64,000 nt of DNA from a virus. Position numbers and translations under genes: made by a program. This document shows, piece by piece, positions 44,652 to 55,053 of the stretch (position 1 is the first letter of the stretch; each line of letters begins with the position of its first letter). The stretch spans positions 64,001 through 128,000 of IMG/VR virus record IMGVR_UViG_3300032116_000013, one strand, 5' to 3'. Below the pieces are notes generated by a model that worked only from the letters and a program-made list of their open reading frames with translations, ran no database searches and was not told the DNA's origin.

Positions 44652-47401
44652 CATCCATATGCTAAAGTTGGATCTGACGCAGAAGGTTTTTCTATTTGAT
44701 TAATTTGATTTTCTCTTAACTCTATAACTTGTCTAGTTAAAAAGTTAACTCTTTTATCAATATTTTGACCAACCATCAAAGCAGCCAATGCTGTTTTTTG
44801 AGCATTATCAACATTTAATTGAGAAACGCTGTCTTCACCTAGTGCAATAGATTCTTCTTGTTTAGACATTACTGTAGATTCTCTAGGTAAAGTTGACATA
44901 ACTCCTAAAGCCTTTTCAATATATGATCTATTAAAATCTGCTGTTTGACCGAATGCATCAGCAAACATAGAAGGTTGCACTTTTACATCATTTGCTCTTG
45001 CTGCTAGTTCATCTACTGTTATGTTTCCATCCCCATCTAAATCTAATTTATCATTTAATTCATAAGCCTTAGTTCCTGAGGATATTAGAACATTGGAACC
45101 TTTTTGAGCAGCCGCAGGCTGTAAAACATATGCGTAGATAGTTCCTAAATCTGATCCCACTGGAAGACCCCATTTATCAAAATACTTTTCAACCCATTTC
45201 ATTTGCTCTGCTGCAGATAAACTGCCTAAAACTCCAGTTGAACCGCCTTTATCTTTTGGTTTTCCTATTGCTCCAGGAACACCTAAATCTGCTGCAGTAA
45301 TTGGCATAAACTGAATCAATCCAGTAGCACCAGTGACATTATTTTCTGCTTTAGGATCAATTGCGCTTTCTTTGTACATAACCTTTAATAAATCAGCAGG
45401 ATCAATCATGAATTTCTCAGAAACTCGCATAACTTCACTAGCAAAAGCAGAATCTTCACCTAGAACCTTGTTCACCCTTTCTTTATCGGTTGTTCTAGCA
45501 CTAATAGTGGCTATTTGCTCTTTTGTTAGATTATAATTTGTTGCAAATGGGTCAAATTCTTTCGACAATTCTTCTTGGGTTGGTTCTGGTGGTAATACAA
45601 TCCCACTCATCCATCCGAATATTTTTTCAGATACAGCCATGGATTCATCGTTTAAAAATAAACTTGCTATAGTACCGCCGCCAAGTCCAGCAAAAAATCC
45701 AGCAGGACCACCAAACACACCACCTACGGCTGCAGCCAACCCACTAACTCCTATTGTTTGAACGAAAGTGTTTATTCCACTTATCATTGTTTCTTTGTAT
45801 TGAGTAGGGCTAATTACACCATTTTTGTATTGTTCGATTGCAGTGCTCATGCTGATTATGGCAGGAACTAAAAGCAATCCGCCAACTGCAGCCGTTTTAG
45901 TATATCCCATAAATCGATTTCTTTTTACAAATAGTTCTAATTGTATTAATGCCTTAGTAACTTTCAAAGGCACAACTCTTTGAGTGAATTTGTAAGTAGA
46001 ACCAGTTGTTGTTGCTTTAGGCGCAGCGCCAATAGGGGTTTGCCCTTTGGGCGACTTTACAAACTTTCCGCTTATCGGATCTTTGAATCTTTGGGAAATA
46101 GGATCAAAAACTGGAGTTATCCACATTTTTCTTTTAGCGTCCCAAACTCTACCGCCGATTATAGTACCACTTAAAGTAGCATTATTAGCAATACCAGTCA
46201 TTGATGCACCAGGCGCTGCAGCGGCTGGTACTGCCTCTGGGCGAACTGCAGTTGCTGCTAAAGGTGGAAGTCTTACTTGAGATGCAAGAGCACCACCACC
46301 AGGAATAGAACCCAATACTTTAGGTAACAATTTTCTGAGATATCTATTTCTCCCAGCAAAAACGGCAAATTTTCCAGCACTAGAAATAGCAGTGTATGCT
46401 ACCAATCCTGCCAATACTTCATCTATTTCTTTGAGTGGAGTTTCAATCAGATAATTTACTGACTTTTTAAATTCTATTTGCTGCTGTCTTAAATAGTATT
46501 CCTGCGTGCCAACGATTTCTTTATTTTTATATTGATCTTTGTCTTCTAATTCAAATCCTACCCCGCCCTCCATTCTTCTACCAATTCTTCCAGCCAACGA
46601 TTTTGCAGGTTCTATTAATAGACCTACGGTAAACGCTTTTCCTAGAATAGGAATTGCAGACTTTATAACTTTTCTAGTTACTTCAGCAGAAATCGCGCCA
46701 GCGGCAGTTGCTGCTGCACCACCAGCAGCTAACAGTTTGTTTCCGCCCATCACTCCTGCGCCTACGGCAGTCAAACCTGCTCCAGCTAACGAAACTGCAA
46801 CTATGGATTTAACCATTTTTTTGAGTTTTTCGTTTTCTTTTTCTCTTCTTTCTTTGGCTTCTTTTATTCTTGGGTCAACATAATATGGATCTGCAGGAGC
46901 CTTCATAGATTTGAGCATTTCAATTTCTTTGTTTATTGCTTCAATTCTACCTTTGACTGATCTTGATGATAGAGGTGCTCTAGGGGCTGTTATTTTTCCG
47001 CTTTGAGTTAATACATTGAACTTTCTTTGCCCTTTGAAATATCCAAGATCGCTCATAATTGTATTAATCAGGGCTGTATTTTTTTCTGAAACAGCAGTTA
47101 AAATTGTTACTTGATTAGACAATGTTTTAATAGAGCCAGTGACGTAACTTTTGAATTTCTCATTTTGAGCCTCAATAGCCATGTCACTTTTCATCTGTCT
47201 TTCTTGATCAACTTTATTTGCATATCTCATCAAGGCTATTTGCTTTAGCGTCTGAGATCGAGTTAAAGTTGCAGCCATGCCCAAAACAGAAAATCTTGCC
47301 ATGACATTCTGTTTGACTGATTCTCTCATCAATCTGGTGATTGATGCACCGCGCATAGACTGCATCATCATCAAATTAACTGCTACGTCTCTTAAAGCCA
47401 T
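44651..47401 (-). CDS. Tape-measure/hub-type protein with lytic transglycosylase domain
   Basis: Long Ala/Gly helical body; KVMYKES...GATGLIQFMP SLT motif; position after gp26/gp51-like pair. Confidence 0.75.
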   Translation of the reverse strand: MALRDVAVNLMMMQSMRGASITRLMRESVKQNVMARFSVLGMAATLTRSQTLKQIALMRYANKVDQERQMKSDMAIEAQNEKFKSYVTGSIKTLSNQVTILTAVSEKNTALINTIMSDLGYFKGQRKFNVLTQSGKITAPRAPLSSRSVKGRIEAINKEIEMLKSMKAPADPYYVDPRIKEAKERREKENEKLKKMVKSIVAVSLAGAGLTAVGAGVMGGNKLLAAGGAAATAAGAISAEVTRKVIKSAIPILGKAFTVGLLIEPAKSLAGRIGRRMEGGVGFELEDKDQYKNKEIVGTQEYYLRQQQIEFKKSVNYLIETPLKEIDEVLAGLVAYTAISSAGKFAVFAGRNRYLRKLLPKVLGSIPGGGALASQVRLPPLAATAVRPEAVPAAAAPGASMTGIANNATLSGTIIGGRVWDAKRKMWITPVFDPISQRFKDPISGKFVKSPKGQTPIGAAPKATTTGSTYKFTQRVVPLKVTKALIQLELFVKRNRFMGYTKTAAVGGLLLVPAIISMSTAIEQYKNGVISPTQYKETMISGINTFVQTIGVSGLAAAVGGVFGGPAGFFAGLGGGTIASLFLNDESMAVSEKIFGWMSGIVLPPEPTQEELSKEFDPFATNYNLTKEQIATISARTTDKERVNKVLGEDSAFASEVMRVSEKFMIDPADLLKVMYKESAIDPKAENNVTGATGLIQFMPITAADLGVPGAIGKPKDKGGSTGVLGSLSAAEQMKWVEKYFDKWGLPVGSDLGTIYAYVLQPAAAQKGSNVLISSGTKAYELNDKLDLDGDGNITVDELAARANDVKVQPSMFADAFGQTADFNRSYIEKALGVMSTLPRESTVMSKQEESIALGEDSVSQLNVDNAQKTALAALMVGQNIDKRVNFLTRQVIELRENQINQIEKPSASDPTLAYG

Positions 47402-47643
47402 TTATCTTTTTCTTTTAGTTTTGGTTTTAGAAATTAGGGCATTCATTTTAGATTCTTGTTCCATTCGCTTCTGTTTAACTTTCTCAGACTCTTCTTTAAC
47501 CCAACTGTTCACCATTCCAATGTACGTATCTCGTTCCCATGGAATCATATTTTCTAATTCAGTCAATGTGTATTTGTACTGATGAACTAGAGTAAACATG
47601 TTTCCGTAATAATTCTTTAAAGAACCATCACGGAAGGTTAGGT
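47402..47643 (-). CDS. gp51-like ORF, probably the -1 frameshift extension of the gp26-like gene
   Basis: NYY..MFTL...KYTLTELENMIPWER; frame open through slippery T7. Confidence 0.8.
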
Positions 47644-48393
47644 AAAAAAATCGTTGAGTCCCTCCAGATGCAATTGATGTTTAAATCCGCATTTCTGACA
47701 ATCATGTTCTTTGTCATATGATATAGTTGGAAGGCTCTCAAAAAATTCTGTGATCTTTAAAAATTGTTCTTGAGTTAAACTTTCAAAGAACGTATAGAAT
47801 TCTTCAACAGGCGTTTCGTTTTTATAATACACTTCTTTAGCATCAAAAATATATTCAGTGCAATCATAAATGAGGTCAAAAACTTCCTTATTGCCGTCTG
47901 ATAAAATCATGCTTTCGATAGATTTATAATTGGATAGATTTGGGAATTTTAGTTGAATTCCTATGTCTTTAGTTAGATAAATTCTGGTTGGTAGATTTTC
48001 AATGGCTGGTTTGATTTCCAGAAGATTTACGCTGACTGGCATCATGTGCATACAGTAGTCATCTTCTTCAACGCCTTCCTCGTTAGTCTTTTTTCCAACT
48101 ACGTTTCTGCAAACAAAGTATGTTTCTACTTTTTCGCCTATAGATCTTGCTCTTATGTTTAAAAACAAATACTCAATATCGAAGATTGGAATCTTATCAA
48201 TATCCATCTCGTCGATAATACAATTATTGACTACTTGTTTGATTGTTTTTAAAATATCTTCTTCTTTACCAGACTGTAGTGCCATCAAAAGAAGTTTTTC
48301 TTCTTTGACGAGAAATGGTCTGAATTTAATAGGAGTTTCGTGGGAAACAAGTTTCAATTCAAATATAGGTAAATCAATTTTAGGTAATGGCAT
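47638..48393 (-). CDS. gp26: gp26-like baseplate hub/tail assembly chaperone
   Basis: MPLPKI...FRPFLVKEEKLLL...FDIEYLFLNIRARSIGE...LEGLNDFF. Confidence 0.9.
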   Translation of the reverse strand: MPLPKIDLPIFELKLVSHETPIKFRPFLVKEEKLLLMALQSGKEEDILKTIKQVVNNCIIDEMDIDKIPIFDIEYLFLNIRARSIGEKVETYFVCRNVVGKKTNEEGVEEDDYCMHMMPVSVNLLEIKPAIENLPTRIYLTKDIGIQLKFPNLSNYKSIESMILSDGNKEVFDLIYDCTEYIFDAKEVYYKNETPVEEFYTFFESLTQEQFLKITEFFESLPTISYDKEHDCQKCGFKHQLHLEGLNDFFT

Positions 48394-48407
48394 ATAATAA
48401 CCTCAAG

Positions 48408-49196
48408 TTATCCCAATCCAGCAGTGTTATTCCAAATCATATCTATTATCGACTCAGTAGATTCATCAACTGCAGATCTAGAAGGAGCAGTAGTATATCT
48501 ACCATCATTAATTTTAAAATGTTCATAAGCCCAAACAACTGTAACTCTATGGAATCCATCATCACTCCAGTTTGATTGCATAGAAGTAACATTTACTGGA
48601 TATGCATTTTCTAGTTTTACCGAATAGTAAACATTTCGTTTTTCATTTGTATTGGCTAAAGAATTAACTCTGTTGACAAAAGTTTGTCCTAAGTCTACTG
48701 CTTTGAATACTTTAGAAGATTCAAACAGTTTAGCATTAATTTTGTCAACACTATTTAAAAATGCAGATAGTCCGCCGAAAATTTTATTTCTTCCGTATGG
48801 AATATCTGAAAATTGTAGCAATTCTATATCAGCAACAGTCTCGTCAAAGTACCAGTTTCTTGTAGTTGGAAGTCCTGCAGAACCTCCACCAAAACACGTT
48901 TCTACCCAAGAATTAAAAAAGTCATAGACTGGGATATTAGTATTATGGACAAATGTTGTGGTTATTTCATTATCTTCTCTGGAATAACCAACTCTGATTT
49001 TATTTCTGCCTGGTATTTTATAGTCTACCGTCTGTACTGTTTTTCCAGGAAACTCTACAGATTCGCATAGAGTCATAAACTCTCTCATATCAAAAGTTCC
49101 TTGCTCGATAAATGGAACGACTGGTATTCTCACTAAAAATTGCGAAGACTTCAAGAAGTCCTGCGACATAAACTTTTGCAGTGAAGGTGTTTCCAT
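48408..49196 (-). CDS. Tail-tube initiator gp54/gp19-like
   Basis: CESVEFPGK...AYPVNV..MQSNW. Confidence 0.7.
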   Translation of the reverse strand: METPSLQKFMSQDFLKSSQFLVRIPVVPFIEQGTFDMREFMTLCESVEFPGKTVQTVDYKIPGRNKIRVGYSREDNEITTTFVHNTNIPVYDFFNSWVETCFGGGSAGLPTTRNWYFDETVADIELLQFSDIPYGRNKIFGGLSAFLNSVDKINAKLFESSKVFKAVDLGQTFVNRVNSLANTNEKRNVYYSVKLENAYPVNVTSMQSNWSDDGFHRVTVVWAYEHFKINDGRYTTAPSRSAVDESTESIIDMIWNNTAGLG

Positions 49197-49235
49197 TTAA
49201 CTTGAATCTCCGAAGGCTAATCTATATTTATTGAG

Positions 49236-49781
49236 TTAATTATAGATAAACTTTTCTGTTGGAAGGAATATGGCTGACTCCCATTGGTCTGGTTCAACGT
49301 AGATAATTGAAGACCTGATGTGCTGGAATAAGTATCTTTTTGTACACTGTTCTATCATATTGTATCTTCTGGACTTCGACAAAAGGTCATAGGATAGATT
49401 AAACTTGGTTGTATCGTCGTATTTGGTATTGTTTATGAAGTCATGGAGCCTGTCCAGCAAAACCAATCTGGTGTATGGATCCAAATAATGGAGATTCAGA
49501 CCTAGAAATCCATTGTCATAGGTGTTGACTGGTATGACTAGCGGGAATTTATCCCAAACTGGTAGAGTTTCTTTGTATTTTGGGTCATAGTGGTAGAAAT
49601 ACATTCTACCGATAAACATCTTAGACGTAACTCTCTTGGCGTCATTTAGGACGTTCGATCTATTGGATGGCATTTTAAGACTATAGAGTTTCTCTCCTAG
49701 CCAATTTCTAGCGGCTTGGGTTCTTGGGCGAATCCCAGCGGCTGTCATTTCTTTACTCAATTTATCAAATAGAGATGGCAT
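49236..49781 (-). CDS. gp2: DNA end protector gp2
   Basis: GRMYFYHYDPKYK..LPVWDKFPLV...GLNLHYL. Confidence 0.9.
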   Translation of the reverse strand: MPSLFDKLSKEMTAAGIRPRTQAARNWLGEKLYSLKMPSNRSNVLNDAKRVTSKMFIGRMYFYHYDPKYKETLPVWDKFPLVIPVNTYDNGFLGLNLHYLDPYTRLVLLDRLHDFINNTKYDDTTKFNLSYDLLSKSRRYNMIEQCTKRYLFQHIRSSIIYVEPDQWESAIFLPTEKFIYN

Positions 49782-50218
49782 TAGATACCTAATTCCTTTT
49801 CAGTTACAAGTTTAAATGTCCAATTTCGGTCTTTACAGTACTCGTCAGCGGCTTTCCATTTAGCCTCATTTATACCATAAGTTGCGACTTCTTTGATATA
49901 TTGTCTGGTTACTCGTTTTTTAGTTTGAGGTGCAACTGTTTGTTTGGAGGGTTTAATCTCTATAATTATGGTTTCGACCACTCCAGCCCTGTTTTTAACC
50001 TTCACTAGAAAATCTGGGAAATAACGATGCCAACGATTGTCAACTGGGGATAAATATGGTATGATTATTTCTTCACTAGACCAATGTAACACGTTTTGGT
50101 CACAGTCCAGATGCACCATGACTCGACGCTCCCACAAACTTCTATACCATATGTTCGTAGGGTCGCCTAAATATTTATTAGGGTTTTTAGGACTAAATTT
50201 TCCGCTGTACGCCATCAA
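49781..50218 (-). CDS. gp4: Head completion nuclease gp4
   Basis: YSGKF.PKNP.KY.GDP..I.YRSLWE...YFPDF...IEIKP. Confidence 0.95.
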   Translation of the reverse strand: MMAYSGKFSPKNPNKYLGDPTNIWYRSLWERRVMVHLDCDQNVLHWSSEEIIIPYLSPVDNRWHRYFPDFLVKVKNRAGVVETIIIEIKPSKQTVAPQTKKRVTRQYIKEVATYGINEAKWKAADEYCKDRNWTFKLVTEKELGI

Positions 50219-50219
50219 C

Positions 50220-50227
50220 TATTTATA
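50220..50227 (-). promoter_or_regulatory. T4-type late promoter
   Basis: TATAAATA on minus strand just upstream of gp4. Confidence 0.65.
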
Positions 50228-50239
50228 GAGAAATCATAG

Positions 50240-51451
50240 ATGAAGATAACCTTAGATGAGAAGCCTGTATCCTATGAAGTTCTTCCAGAGTTTATTGAGG
50301 GCGGCGGTACTATAGGCGAAGACGGGGTCCCAGAAGTAGGCGTATCTTCTACTAAACAAACGCAAGAAAAATTAAGAGAGGCTATCAGATACAAAAAAAG
50401 TCAATTAAATGTTTTGACTTTTCCTCTAGATTTAAACCAAAAAGATATGCCTCATGTTCTGTTTAAGATTTTTCCAACAGTAACAGGAGAAGTTGAGTCT
50501 CAAAATCAAAATCCTACGCAAACCAGTATCGGGGCTGGGATAGGAGTAGTTGGGGAAAAATTCTCAGAAGTAGCAAATAAGGCTGCCGAGTTAGGTCGAC
50601 AGGGGTTAAATGCCGTTGAATCTAGCGGATCTTTAGGCGCTGCTGCAGTTAATGCTGCGACATATGGTGTAGATAAACTTAAAAGCGGCGTGACAGGTCT
50701 GGTGCAAAAAGGCGGAGAATCTATTATAGGCAGCGAAGATATAGTTGCAGACGTTAAGAAAAGTTTTAGCAACTTCTCTTTGAATAGAAATGCTGACCAA
50801 TTGGCTGCAGCCATTGCGCTTTTTATGCCAGATGGAATATCAACAAACTATAGCCATTCATATGATGAATTGAGTCTAACTTCAACCTTGGGTGGGGCAG
50901 GATTGTTCCTTCAGGCTTTAGGTTCTAAGACTGGTAGTGCAGCCACTAGAGACGCATTTATAGTTGAAGGGGCAGCATCTTTGGCAGGAAACGTCTTGCA
51001 AGTTTCGCCAGAACTGACCAATGCGTTAGTATTTGCTACAACTGGCAAGGCTATAAATCCTCAACTTGAGATGCTATACAAATCTCCTAACCTTAGAACT
51101 TTTACCTTCGACTTTAGACTCGTTCCTAGAAACCAATCAGAGGCTGCGACTATAGTTGGAATTATTAATCTGCTAAAACATCATTCTTCACCTGAGATTC
51201 CATCAGGAACGACTGGAAGATACTTTATTCCTCCATCTCGGTTTGAGATAGAATTCTATAATGATAAAACAGACTCCTCAAATCCATATTTGTTTAAAAC
51301 TAAGAAATGCGTTTTAACCGATATATCTGTCGACTATTCTCCAAATGGATATGCATCTTTTTATGATGGTGCTCCAGTTGAAACTAGATTGCAACTACAG
51401 TTTAAGGAAACAGTCATTCTGGATAAATTTGACGTATTAGCAGGATACTAA
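50240..51451 (+). CDS. gp48: Baseplate tail-tube cap gp48
   Basis: INPQLEMLYKSPNLRTFTFDFRL.PRN..EA; CVLTDISVDY. Confidence 0.9.
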   Translation: MKITLDEKPVSYEVLPEFIEGGGTIGEDGVPEVGVSSTKQTQEKLREAIRYKKSQLNVLTFPLDLNQKDMPHVLFKIFPTVTGEVESQNQNPTQTSIGAGIGVVGEKFSEVANKAAELGRQGLNAVESSGSLGAAAVNAATYGVDKLKSGVTGLVQKGGESIIGSEDIVADVKKSFSNFSLNRNADQLAAAIALFMPDGISTNYSHSYDELSLTSTLGGAGLFLQALGSKTGSAATRDAFIVEGAASLAGNVLQVSPELTNALVFATTGKAINPQLEMLYKSPNLRTFTFDFRLVPRNQSEAATIVGIINLLKHHSSPEIPSGTTGRYFIPPSRFEIEFYNDKTDSSNPYLFKTKKCVLTDISVDYSPNGYASFYDGAPVETRLQLQFKETVILDKFDVLAGY

Positions 51452-51452
51452 G

Positions 51453-52142
51453 ATGCAATTCTTTCGATCAATACCTAAAACACTGTACTCATTTGATTTT
51501 AAAAATCAAAGCCCTAAAGTCATAACAAACATTTTTTCAAGGTTTAAAGTTAAGAGTTCAGTCTTAACTAATGCTTTTGCATTTAACAAGTATCAAATAG
51601 AAGATGGCGATACTCCAGAGATAGTGGCTTACAAACATTATGGCGACCCAAAGTTACACTGGATAATTTGCTTGACTAATGATCTGATAGATCCACAGTT
51701 TGATTTTCCTCTATCAGCACAATCTTTAGAAAACTATATCCTAAAAAAATACAATTTAAATACTATAGAAGAATCGTTTTCTATAAATCCGCCGCACCAT
51801 CACGTTTTAAAAATTGAAAAGACTCTTTCTGAAGTAAACGGTATAACATCAACAACTACAGAAGAATGCATAGTGACACTAGAACAATACAATCATATTT
51901 CGAATTCACTAGTCAATAAAATAACAAATTCACCAACCACAGAAACAATTGTGTTTAGACAGAATAACTCAGACCCTAATTCACCTATATCCTCAACTCT
52001 ATCAATAAAATCAACATACATACCAGTTTCTATTTTTGATTATGAAACTGAAGTTAATGAGTCTAAAAGACAAATTAAAATATTGAAACCCGAATATGCG
52101 CAAGCAATGAGTATGGAACTGGAAAATATTTTAAATGGCTGA
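51453..52142 (+). CDS. gp53: Baseplate wedge gp53
   Basis: GDTPEIVAYKHYGDPKLHWIICLTN. Confidence 0.9.
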   Translation: MQFFRSIPKTLYSFDFKNQSPKVITNIFSRFKVKSSVLTNAFAFNKYQIEDGDTPEIVAYKHYGDPKLHWIICLTNDLIDPQFDFPLSAQSLENYILKKYNLNTIEESFSINPPHHHVLKIEKTLSEVNGITSTTTEECIVTLEQYNHISNSLVNKITNSPTTETIVFRQNNSDPNSPISSTLSIKSTYIPVSIFDYETEVNESKRQIKILKPEYAQAMSMELENILNG

Positions 52143-53517
52143 AGTTAATAGCGAAAAATCTGCTCTTACTTCGCAGAACAATACTTCGACTCGAGATGTT
52201 ATAGTTAATACTATCTCGATTATCACAGCACGCGGAGAAGTCATAGATATCTCCAGCCCACCGATTTATAACGTATTGAACATATATGAAGATATCTTTA
52301 AGAGTTGCATAACTGGAACAATACAAATATTTGACGGAATAAATTTAATCTCTAAGTTACAATTTAGAGGAAATGAGTTCATTAGAATCAGTTTTCAGCG
52401 CCCAAGAGAACCTGTAGATTCAATTAAATTTGATAAAATCTACAGAATCTACAAAGTTTCAAATCGACAACCTACTAAATCTCAAGATCAGACTTACGTT
52501 TTGCATTTTTGTTCTGAAGAGCAAATCTTCTCAAATCAAATAAACATATCAAAGGCATACACAGGAAAAACTGTAACTGATTATATCTTGAGTATTTGTA
52601 GAGAAAACTTAAAAATTCAAGAAAATAAACTTGGAGAATTTGAGCCATCCAGCGGAATTCAAAAAGTAATCGTTCCTAGAATATCTCCATTCGATGCAAT
52701 AAAATTGATGGAGAAAAAAGCATACAATGATACTGAATCGCCATATCTATTTTTTGAAAATAAAGACGGATATAATTTTGCCTCTCTGAGCAGATTATTT
52801 GCTAGAGGTGCTGTAACAAAACTAACTTATGATGGCGCTAAAATGGCAGTGGAGAAAAATTCTCCATATGTTAATTCAACAACCATATTAGATTTCAATA
52901 TTAAGAAGTCTATAGACCTTTGGGAAACAACTAAAAAATTAACATATTCTGGTAAATTGTCAACATTAGATTTAGTCAGACAAAAATATACAGAATATGA
53001 GTATACTGCTGCCAATTTAAATAAAAACAACTTTATAGACAAAGCAAATTTACCTGTTGGGAATTCTAAAAACAGAGATAATAAAAGTGTGTATGATGTT
53101 TATGACTCTAACTACTATTTTTCTTTGACAAACAAAGATCACTCACAAATAAACTATAGAAACACAGTCTATAGAGAAACAGATACAAACGTAGAAAGAG
53201 TATTGCTACAACGCGAAAGTCAGTTAAATCTATTAAATAACATTTTTATCGACTCTTGTACGGTGCCAGGTAACATGGCATTCTCAGTTGGGTATGTTGT
53301 CGAGTTAGATTTACCAGGATTTACAGTAAACTCTCAGTCAAATAGAGAACTTGACCCATATCTGTCAGGCAACTATCTAATAACAAACGTCAGACATGTA
53401 ATAGTTCCTTCTGGAGGACACCAAACAATTCTTTCTTTAGCCAAGAACTCGCTAAAAACTTCTGTCGGGTTCAGCGATTCTTCTTCTGAAAATTTCATAA
53501 AGGCTAGAAGTCTATGA
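52135..53517 (+). CDS. Baseplate hub protein (gp27-like)
   Basis: IYEDIF...GNEFI; VPGN...GYVVEL...SGNYLITNVRH; position before gp5. Confidence 0.65.
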   Translation: MAEVNSEKSALTSQNNTSTRDVIVNTISIITARGEVIDISSPPIYNVLNIYEDIFKSCITGTIQIFDGINLISKLQFRGNEFIRISFQRPREPVDSIKFDKIYRIYKVSNRQPTKSQDQTYVLHFCSEEQIFSNQINISKAYTGKTVTDYILSICRENLKIQENKLGEFEPSSGIQKVIVPRISPFDAIKLMEKKAYNDTESPYLFFENKDGYNFASLSRLFARGAVTKLTYDGAKMAVEKNSPYVNSTTILDFNIKKSIDLWETTKKLTYSGKLSTLDLVRQKYTEYEYTAANLNKNNFIDKANLPVGNSKNRDNKSVYDVYDSNYYFSLTNKDHSQINYRNTVYRETDTNVERVLLQRESQLNLLNNIFIDSCTVPGNMAFSVGYVVELDLPGFTVNSQSNRELDPYLSGNYLITNVRHVIVPSGGHQTILSLAKNSLKTSVGFSDSSSENFIKARSL

Positions 53518-54887
53518 GTGATATTGAAAATTCTTACATGGGTATGGGTAGTTTCGTTTGGTGGTTCGGTGTAGTCGAAAGCCGAGATGATCCATTGCAT
53601 TTGGGCAGATGTAAGATTCGTTTCTTCGGCGCACACTCAGCAAATAAAAATGAGATTGCTACGGAAGATTTAGAATGGGCTCACCCAGTTGTTCCATTTG
53701 GATCTAACACAGTAAAGCCACCAGCAGAAGGCGAACACGTTTTTGGTTTCATGGCTGATGGTAAAAATGGCAAGTTTCCCATACTTCTAGGAACTGTTCC
53801 AGGAATACCTGAAGAATTTGAAGAATCAAATACTGGATTCTCCGATCCATACACTGAAGAACAAAAAGCCGAAGCAGGATTCCCTCGCGCTGTTGCTAAT
53901 TCTAGAATTACAACCAATGCATCTGGACCTAATGTAACAACTAAAACTCCAGCCAGATACCCGACTAAACACTTAAATGAGCCAACCACTCACAGACTTG
54001 CCAGACCGAGCCGAGCAGATGAAGGCGAGAATTATTTGGGTATTAGAGCAAGTTCTATTGAAGAAACTCCGATTAGTTTTCAGAGAAAAAACAGAGTCTC
54101 TGGTATTAAAACCTCAAATGGAACTTTCTGGAATGAGCCATTCCCTAGTTACAATGCAAAGTATCCATACAATTATGTGATCTATGGAGAATCTGGTCAT
54201 ACCATAGAAATAGACGATACTGCTGGATTCGAAAGAGTGCAAATTTCCCATAGAACTGGCTCAACGCTAGAATTTCTTCCAACAGGTTCAGTCAAGCAGA
54301 AAACATTTAATCACAAATATGACGTAACCATGGGTAACAGTAAAGAATACGTCAATGGTGATAAAAGTGAAACTGTGCAAGGCGATTCTTACATACGAGT
54401 CAATGGTAAACTAGTAATCGAAGCAGATTCCATTGAATTTATTTCTACTTCAGATTTAAAGTTGAAGGGCAAGAATATAAATGCAACCTCGCTACAGGAT
54501 ATAAATCTGCATGCTGATAACAATATCAGAGGAACTGCAATTAAACAAATGGACTTGAGAGGTGAAACTAAATTTGGCGCATTTGGCGGTTTGGGTGGCG
54601 CTGCTCTTTCAAGTTCTACCAGAGCAGTTGTACAGGCAACAGAAAGTGTTAAAATTTCAGCAGCAACAGTATTTACTGTAGGCTTGACTAGTATGATTGA
54701 TACTGTAATCACCAATGTTCTTCCTCCTGTGGTTGTATTGCCAAATTCACCTGAGGCTGCGCAACCAGCATCACGCTATAATAGAGCAGTGGCTAATAAT
54801 CTTGTAAAAACAACCTCATCTAATCGTAAAGAGTTTACTGATGTTTTCGCTAATGCTAATACGTCAGTTGCTCTTACCTCGGGCTAA
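53514..54887 (+). CDS. gp5: Baseplate hub spike gp5 (no lysozyme domain)
   Basis: WWFGVVESRDDPLHLGRCKIR OB-fold; YPYN...SGHTIEIDDT...HRTGS. Confidence 0.9.
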   Translation: MSDIENSYMGMGSFVWWFGVVESRDDPLHLGRCKIRFFGAHSANKNEIATEDLEWAHPVVPFGSNTVKPPAEGEHVFGFMADGKNGKFPILLGTVPGIPEEFEESNTGFSDPYTEEQKAEAGFPRAVANSRITTNASGPNVTTKTPARYPTKHLNEPTTHRLARPSRADEGENYLGIRASSIEETPISFQRKNRVSGIKTSNGTFWNEPFPSYNAKYPYNYVIYGESGHTIEIDDTAGFERVQISHRTGSTLEFLPTGSVKQKTFNHKYDVTMGNSKEYVNGDKSETVQGDSYIRVNGKLVIEADSIEFISTSDLKLKGKNINATSLQDINLHADNNIRGTAIKQMDLRGETKFGAFGGLGGAALSSSTRAVVQATESVKISAATVFTVGLTSMIDTVITNVLPPVVVLPNSPEAAQPASRYNRAVANNLVKTTSSNRKEFTDVFANANTSVALTSG

Positions 54888-54894
54888 TAAATAA

Positions 54895-55053
54895 ATGTGT
54901 TGTTCAGCGCAAGATGTAAATAAGTTTCGTCCAATTTTTGAAAAAATTGTCAAAAATATCCCAATTACCAAAGAAGAATATGATTTTTGTCTCTCTTTGG
55001 ATTATCCTGTAGAAAAATTAAAGGTTAAGACCGAGGAGAACGTGCTTTCTTAA
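54895..55053 (+). CDS. Small hypothetical protein
   Basis: 52 aa MCCSAQ...VLS; after TAAATA. Confidence 0.5.
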   Translation: MCCSAQDVNKFRPIFEKIVKNIPITKEEYDFCLSLDYPVEKLKVKTEENVLS

